This document shows, piece by piece, positions 34,727 through 39,254 of a stretch of DNA of 39,254 nucleotides (positions are counted from its first letter, which is position 1; every line of letters begins with the position of its first letter). Under the pieces are notes generated by a model. It was not told the DNA's origin. It worked only from the letters and a program-made list of their open reading frames with translations, and ran no database searches. The position numbers and the translations under genes were made by a program. The stretch is from a virus (Duplodnaviria; Caudoviricetes): the IMG/VR virus record IMGVR_UViG_3300048861_000058, positions 1 to 39,254 of that record. The stretch is one strand, 5' to 3'.

Positions 34727-34872
34727 AGGTATGTTGCGGATGCTCAATCTATCTCGGCAAACTCCCACTGAGTCAAGGAGCTGAGGCTGGACGCAGTTTC
34801 ACCAACGTCCCATTGCCTGATTCTCTACCCGCTAGAGTGATAACTTCTCATCCTACCTGAAAGAGTCTATAT

Positions 34873-35286
34873 TCATCTAGACACTTCCACTAGGTCTCTA
34901 GACGAAATAATTATCTCCTCGTAGCCGTTTAGATACGCACCGCCTAGAACATGGGCGACCTGCTCCTGGAATGGCCCGAGGCGAAAGTAATACTGCGCGA
35001 TGGACATTCCCAACTTGTGCGCCTTGGTCTTGGCAGGGCCTGGCCAGATGTAGTGGGCGATCATCATCAGGCGCCCATTGGCGTGAAGGCTATTCACCGC
35101 CGCATCTGCGCGCCTGAGATCATCGTCCACCATGGGAACGTCTGGATCGACGCTACCCCATCCACCGTGGTCTACCTTGTCCTTGGCAAAGGCTGCTTCC
35201 GTGGGATACCCAAGCCGGTTGGCATTCTCCCGGCGTTTCCAGGCGCCCCACTCGCCCATGAGTTCATCGAGCTTGGTTCGCATCAC
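34873..35286 (-). CDS. Late antiterminator Q-like protein
   Basis: Last delayed-early gene; LDELM.EWG.W...LGYP, D.AV..L, C-terminal HTH KAHKLGMSIAQYY. Confidence 0.65.
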   Translation of the reverse strand: MMRTKLDELMGEWGAWKRRENANRLGYPTEAAFAKDKVDHGGWGSVDPDVPMVDDDLRRADAAVNSLHANGRLMMIAHYIWPGPAKTKAHKLGMSIAQYYFRLGPFQEQVAHVLGGAYLNGYEEIIISSRDLVEVSR

Positions 35287-35432
35287 TTACCCTTATAACT
35301 GTCGGGATGCCGTTGCTGTATCTTGGAAGTCAGAGGGATCGTCTTTGGCATCCTCTCCTGCTTCAAGCGCTCCATGACGTTTCTCATTGCTCGATCCGGC
35401 TTGAGTTCCGGGCGCTTCATTGGGTCATTCAT
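35283..35432 (-). CDS. Small hypothetical protein (49 aa)
   Basis: MNDPMKRPELKPDR...; GTGA overlap with the Q-like gene. Confidence 0.45.
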   Translation of the reverse strand: MNDPMKRPELKPDRAMRNVMERLKQERMPKTIPLTSKIQQRHPDSYKGK

Positions 35433-35637
35433 ATCTCAGCTCCATTTCTTCGCATATCACCCATCGCAGATCCTCTATTTTGTCCAGCAGAAATTCCACC
35501 ATGCGCGCATCGACCAGCTCCATGAAAGCAGCCTCAAGTCGCTCCAATTCATCGGTAGTATTGCTGGATTTCGCAGTCTGATATGCGTGCACAGCCTTCT
35601 CCAAGGCGTCGAACTTCTCCGCTTCATTCATATCCAT
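35425..35637 (-). CDS. Hypothetical protein (70 aa)
   Basis: AGGAG RBS. Confidence 0.65.
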   Translation of the reverse strand: MDMNEAEKFDALEKAVHAYQTAKSSNTTDELERLEAAFMELVDARMVEFLLDKIEDLRWVICEEMELRYE

Positions 35638-35779
35638 ATCTCCTGTCTAGAACCTTCCTCCACCACGCCTTATAAGCATCTTTCAGGCAGGCGCCGTATC
35701 CCATCTGTCCGCGTCCGAAGACCCAAAATCCGATCAGGGCAGCAGGCCTAGCACGCGGTTTGTAGGTGTCGCATCTCAT
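35624..35779 (-). CDS. Small hypothetical protein (51 aa)
   Basis: MRCDTYKPRARP...GYGACLKDAYKAWW; fills the gap. Confidence 0.45.
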   Translation of the reverse strand: MRCDTYKPRARPAALIGFWVFGRGQMGYGACLKDAYKAWWRKVLDRRYGYE

Positions 35780-36323
35780 GCTTCGCCTTTGCGGTTATTG
35801 CTACACCAAGGGCCGCCCAGGCGTGGCTCGACATGCCGTACAGCGGCCCAGGTTGTTTCTTTGTGCCGATCTGCGGGGTTTTTCCGCCACCCGTAGCGGG
35901 GAATAGGTCTATCAGGGCTTGGCGCACGTTTCCATCCTTGGCACGAGGGCTCCCGCACAGGTGCAGCTTTACGTCCTTGCGATACACCAATTCCGCCGTG
36001 CCTGGGGATTCCAGGGCCTGCTGGAACCTGCCGATCCAAACGCAGGTCTCGAATACTTCCCGCCCAACCGGCATGCCGTAGCTGGCGATCATCTCAATGG
36101 CGACGGTCATACCGCTTTCCATCCCCAACCGCTCCAGGATCATTTGGTTTGGCTGCACGCCGCTGGATAGCACTTTGTGAGGGTCAGGTAGGTAACGAAC
36201 CCACCCTGATTGTTCTGGGCCGGGATCAATCGCTATGATCGAATGAACCGGTCTGGGTCGGAACCCGCAACCTGCGGTAGGGTCGATGGCGACCTCCATC
36301 TGCATTTCCTCTAGGCGGCTCAT
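35748..36323 (-). CDS. RuvC-like Holliday junction resolvase
   Basis: IIAIDPG..QSG, VAIE, VKLHLCG..RAKD; nin-region position; start uncertain. Confidence 0.7.
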   Translation of the reverse strand: MSRLEEMQMEVAIDPTAGCGFRPRPVHSIIAIDPGPEQSGWVRYLPDPHKVLSSGVQPNQMILERLGMESGMTVAIEMIASYGMPVGREVFETCVWIGRFQQALESPGTAELVYRKDVKLHLCGSPRAKDGNVRQALIDLFPATGGGKTPQIGTKKQPGPLYGMSSHAWAALGVAITAKAKHEMRHLQTAC

Positions 36324-36508
36324 AGCTGCCCCGTGATCACGGCAGATAACCCCACTGCCACAACCATCGCCATACAAGCCTCGTAGCCAAGAAATCGGCC
36401 CCAGTCTCGACGTTCGCGGAAATGGCAATACGCAACGCCATACATGAAAAATAGGGCAACTACCAGAAACAGAAAGCCGATCACCCTGGCAAAAATCATC
36501 GCGACCAT
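36320..36508 (-). CDS. Small two-TM membrane protein
   Basis: Two hydrophobic segments; GGAGG RBS. Confidence 0.6.
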   Translation of the reverse strand: MVAMIFARVIGFLFLVVALFFMYGVAYCHFRERRDWGRFLGYEACMAMVVAVGLSAVITGQL

Positions 36509-36509
36509 G

Positions 36510-36665
36510 CTAGTTGCCCTCCTTCACCATCTCGTGAATCCAAAATCCTCCGCCTAGTATCATCGCTACCATTCCTGCCATCATCCAGTGATAGTGTTTT
36601 GTATAGGCTTCGGCGAGTACTGCCATGCATAACCAGCCAGTCCAAAAGGCGATCCAGTCTTTCAT
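36510..36665 (-). CDS. Small two-TM membrane protein (51 aa)
   Basis: MKDWIAFWTGWLCMAVLAEAYTKHYHWMMAGMVAMILGGGFWIHEMVKEGN; ATGA overlap. Confidence 0.55.
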   Translation of the reverse strand: MKDWIAFWTGWLCMAVLAEAYTKHYHWMMAGMVAMILGGGFWIHEMVKEGN

Positions 36666-37015
36666 TCCAAGGCCCCAACTTGCGTGAGCAAAACCCGGAA
36701 CGGGTTGAATTCATCGGTGATGTTCGCCCGCAGCCGATTGATAATCTTCATGCTCGGAGGGCGGCGCATATGCCTTTCTTCATCCTCACCCGGGCATCCC
36801 CGATAGACCGCATGCCAGCCGTCCGTCAAGACCCACCCACAGATGTGGATCATTCCTTCCTTGTGAAGGCGCCAGAGATTCGTCTTAATAGTGGATGGAA
36901 GAATCCCGGTTTTTTCGTGAATGCCCTGCGGGGTTAGATCGCCACCGTCCAGCGCATCCAATATTCGACGCTGCATTTTGCTGATCTTTTTGATCGGCAC
37001 GTCTTTGAGTTTCAT
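36662..37015 (-). CDS. Winged-helix DNA-binding protein
   Basis: QRRILDAL...LTPQGIHEKTGILPSTIKTNLWRL...GMI. Confidence 0.7.
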   Translation of the reverse strand: MKLKDVPIKKISKMQRRILDALDGGDLTPQGIHEKTGILPSTIKTNLWRLHKEGMIHICGWVLTDGWHAVYRGCPGEDEERHMRRPPSMKIINRLRANITDEFNPFRVLLTQVGALE

Positions 37016-37143
37016 TCCCTGTCCCCCTTGAGTTGTGGCGCGCGCTTATATCGCTCCCACACAAGTAGATTGGCGTAATCGAAAGCCAGCGAGCCTGTAC
37101 GGTGCTTGAGCTGCTTCGGCGGCTTTTTGGGCTGGGTACTCAT
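37012..37143 (-). CDS. Small hypothetical protein (43 aa)
   Basis: MSTQPKKPPKQLKHRTG...; ATGA overlap. Confidence 0.45.
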   Translation of the reverse strand: MSTQPKKPPKQLKHRTGSLAFDYANLLVWERYKRAPQLKGDRE

Positions 37144-37154
37144 TTGTCTTTCCC

Positions 37155-38933
37155 TTATGCCGCAGCCTGTAGGCTGAATTGAATGTATGGACGCGCGCGT
37201 CTATGGGCGTCCGTGGTGTATTGCTGTGCCTTACGATCAAAATAGAGAAATATCGTGCGGCTGCCGGCGTCTCCTTCGCGGTCCTTCACGATCATCAGCG
37301 TGGCATCATGCGATTCTGGGTCTTCGCCCTCTTCTTTATTCGCCGACCAAACCGACATAACGTTATCGGCACCGTTCGTGATATGCCCGGAGCCAGAAAC
37401 ATCCATCTTCCCGGGCGCAGCGCTTTCATCGCGTGCCTTCCGAGGATGCGCCACCAAATGAACATGAGCCTCGCACTCTTGCGCAAACGAGCACAGTTTG
37501 CGCATGGCCTGTTTTTGGGCAGTCATGGACCCAGGGCCATCTTCCGGAACGTCCGTCATCATCAGAGAGTCAACAACGAAATGCTTGACCCCGTACCGGC
37601 TTGCCGCATACCGGAAGACTTCCAGCAACCGATCCAACGACGCAACGCCGAGCGTGTTGAATATCCAGCACCGGTCCTGAAGCCACTCACCGATGTGATC
37701 TAGGAATTGAGGCGTCGGCCGATCTAGCCCCGCAATCTGCTTGGATAGCCGCTTTAGTTGTCGCTTCGGGCTAAGCTCTCCGGAGAAAACGCACACCCGT
37801 TCGCCGTCCCGCATGATAGGAATCAAAGTCTGCATCAACATCAGGCTCTTGCCGTGCCCGTTGATGCCGGTCCATACGGTTACTTCCGCGGGACGCCATT
37901 CCCAGAAGTCGAAGCTCTTAGAACCGAACGAAAGGACCGGGTTACGCTTGGCGTCATGGGCCGGCCAGAACAACGCCTTGGTTTCCTCCATGTAATCGGA
38001 AATGGCCCTAAGTTCCTCCGGATCACGACTCCGGGCTGCCTCAACAGCCGCGACGAAATCTTCAGCCGTTGCACCGTGGTCGGTCAGATACTCGTTGGCA
38101 TCCTTCGCTTTGCCAAAGATCGCGATCCGACACCGCTGCACGCCCAAACGTGCCACCACATCGGCAGCACCTTTTTGTCCGGCCTCATCGTTATCGAAGC
38201 AGAGAACAATGTCATCAAAGCATTCGAGACGGTCCCAGTCGTTCTCGATCCATTGATGATTCCCGGCACCGGCATTCACAGATAGTGCCGGGATGCCAGC
38301 CTGGTGCAGGGTCATGGCGTCGATCTCACCCTCGCAGATCGCCACGGACCGGGCCTTCGGGTTGATCAGATGCCACCCGAATAAACATGGCTCAGCGTCC
38401 TTCTCCTGCCGCATGTCTTTCTTTTCTTTCGGGTTCCGGTACTTCGCGTTTACCAGGCCGTCCTCACGGATGTACGGGAAAACCGCATAGGTCTTTCCGC
38501 CTTGCTCCATCTCGCCGATCTTGAAGTCCTTCAAGGTCTGTTCTGAAAGGCCCCGGCCCAACAGCCAGGAATAAACCGCGTTCCTGGGCGGACGGCATGG
38601 CGGCTTCACAGGCTTCGCATAGGTCCGTTTGAAACTCTCTGATCCTTCGTCCTTGATGCCGAGGTAGGCTTTGATTTCCTTGATCGCCTCGAACATCGAC
38701 AAATTGCGGCACGCCATCCACAGGTCGATCAGGTCGCCGCTCTCGCCCGTGGCGAAGTCGGACCACTTCCCTGCCTTGGCCCCTGCGGTACAGACCGACA
38801 GGGAGTCGCCTGGCTCCCCGCTGAGGTCAGCAACCTTCCACTCGCGCCCAAGCTTCTTCCCCTTCGGCAACAGCTTCCCGCATACGTCCGTGGCTCTGGA
38901 TGCCAACCGCGACGAAAGCTCCCCTGCATTCAT
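37155..38933 (-). CDS. Primase-helicase fusion (TOPRIM + DnaB/SF4, T7 gp4/Twinkle-like)
   Basis: ICEGEIDA, CFDNDEAG (TOPRIM); TGINGHGKS, FSGE, VVDSL, HLVAHPRK, SGSG.I...ADN (helicase). Confidence 0.92.
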   Translation of the reverse strand: MNAGELSSRLASRATDVCGKLLPKGKKLGREWKVADLSGEPGDSLSVCTAGAKAGKWSDFATGESGDLIDLWMACRNLSMFEAIKEIKAYLGIKDEGSESFKRTYAKPVKPPCRPPRNAVYSWLLGRGLSEQTLKDFKIGEMEQGGKTYAVFPYIREDGLVNAKYRNPKEKKDMRQEKDAEPCLFGWHLINPKARSVAICEGEIDAMTLHQAGIPALSVNAGAGNHQWIENDWDRLECFDDIVLCFDNDEAGQKGAADVVARLGVQRCRIAIFGKAKDANEYLTDHGATAEDFVAAVEAARSRDPEELRAISDYMEETKALFWPAHDAKRNPVLSFGSKSFDFWEWRPAEVTVWTGINGHGKSLMLMQTLIPIMRDGERVCVFSGELSPKRQLKRLSKQIAGLDRPTPQFLDHIGEWLQDRCWIFNTLGVASLDRLLEVFRYAASRYGVKHFVVDSLMMTDVPEDGPGSMTAQKQAMRKLCSFAQECEAHVHLVAHPRKARDESAAPGKMDVSGSGHITNGADNVMSVWSANKEEGEDPESHDATLMIVKDREGDAGSRTIFLYFDRKAQQYTTDAHRRARPYIQFSLQAAA

Positions 38934-39254
38934 GATTTGCTCCTTTTCCCGTTTTCGAATTGCTTGTAGGTGTGCGGCGTGCAACCGTCGTTACGGGCCT
39001 CCACTTCCGACTCAAACCCGGCCTCTTTCCACCACCCGGTAGGCCCAGACCCATTCATCGGCCTCTTCCGCTTCGACAGCCATTCGGCCTTCACACCTTG
39101 CCAGCCCCGCGCCATGGTTTCGATCAACGCCTCATCCCGAGTCCAGCCGTCCCTTTCCGCCAGAATCAATTCCCGCACGATCATCTCGGCTACGGTGTCC
39201 GTCACGATCGCTCTCTTCCCCTTCCGGAACTTCAAAAAGTCGGACCAGACGTTT
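38930..39254 (-). CDS. C-terminal part of the replication initiator (truncated by window edge)
   Basis: Open from the edge: VWSDFLKFRKGKRA.VT.T...ARGWQGVKAEW; ATGA coupling to the helicase. Confidence 0.75.
   Translation of the reverse strand, partial: NVWSDFLKFRKGKRAIVTDTVAEMIVRELILAERDGWTRDEALIETMARGWQGVKAEWLSKRKRPMNGSGPTGWWKEAGFESEVEARNDGCTPHTYKQFENGKRSKS

Noticed and set aside
36496-36714. ORF-track 72-aa call
   Set aside because: An alternative frame (36510-36665) has ATGA coupling and a coherent membrane-protein sequence

Overview
Near-complete (~39 kb) genome of a temperate, lambdoid-organised podovirus, probably of a Betaproteobacterium (inferred from the tRNA-Asn attP core and gene style). 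It is in the excised (attP-joined) arrangement, and the contig is broken inside the replication initiator gene. Left to right: initiator with iterons, Ref-like nuclease, CII-like gene, cro (minus); cI-like repressor without an obvious autocleavage domain, followed by a lipoprotein and a Rap1a-type immunity protein; early plus-strand operon (annealing protein, lambda-type exonuclease, SSB-like protein, a C5 methyltransferase split over two overlapping frames, many small genes, xis, integrase); attP; then on the minus strand the lysis cassette, DNA-ejection proteins, tail, capsid, scaffold, portal, terminase, Q-like gene, RuvC-like resolvase and primase-helicase. The most notable unexplained signal lies next to attP: a LexA box overlapping a promoter, a densely base-paired ~240-nt non-coding stretch, and an uncalled 56-aa ORF. 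This is a candidate SOS-induction/antirepressor module. A second cloverleaf-like RNA near PL has a loop complementary to that ORF's start codon. All family assignments come from motif recognition by eye; no searches were run.
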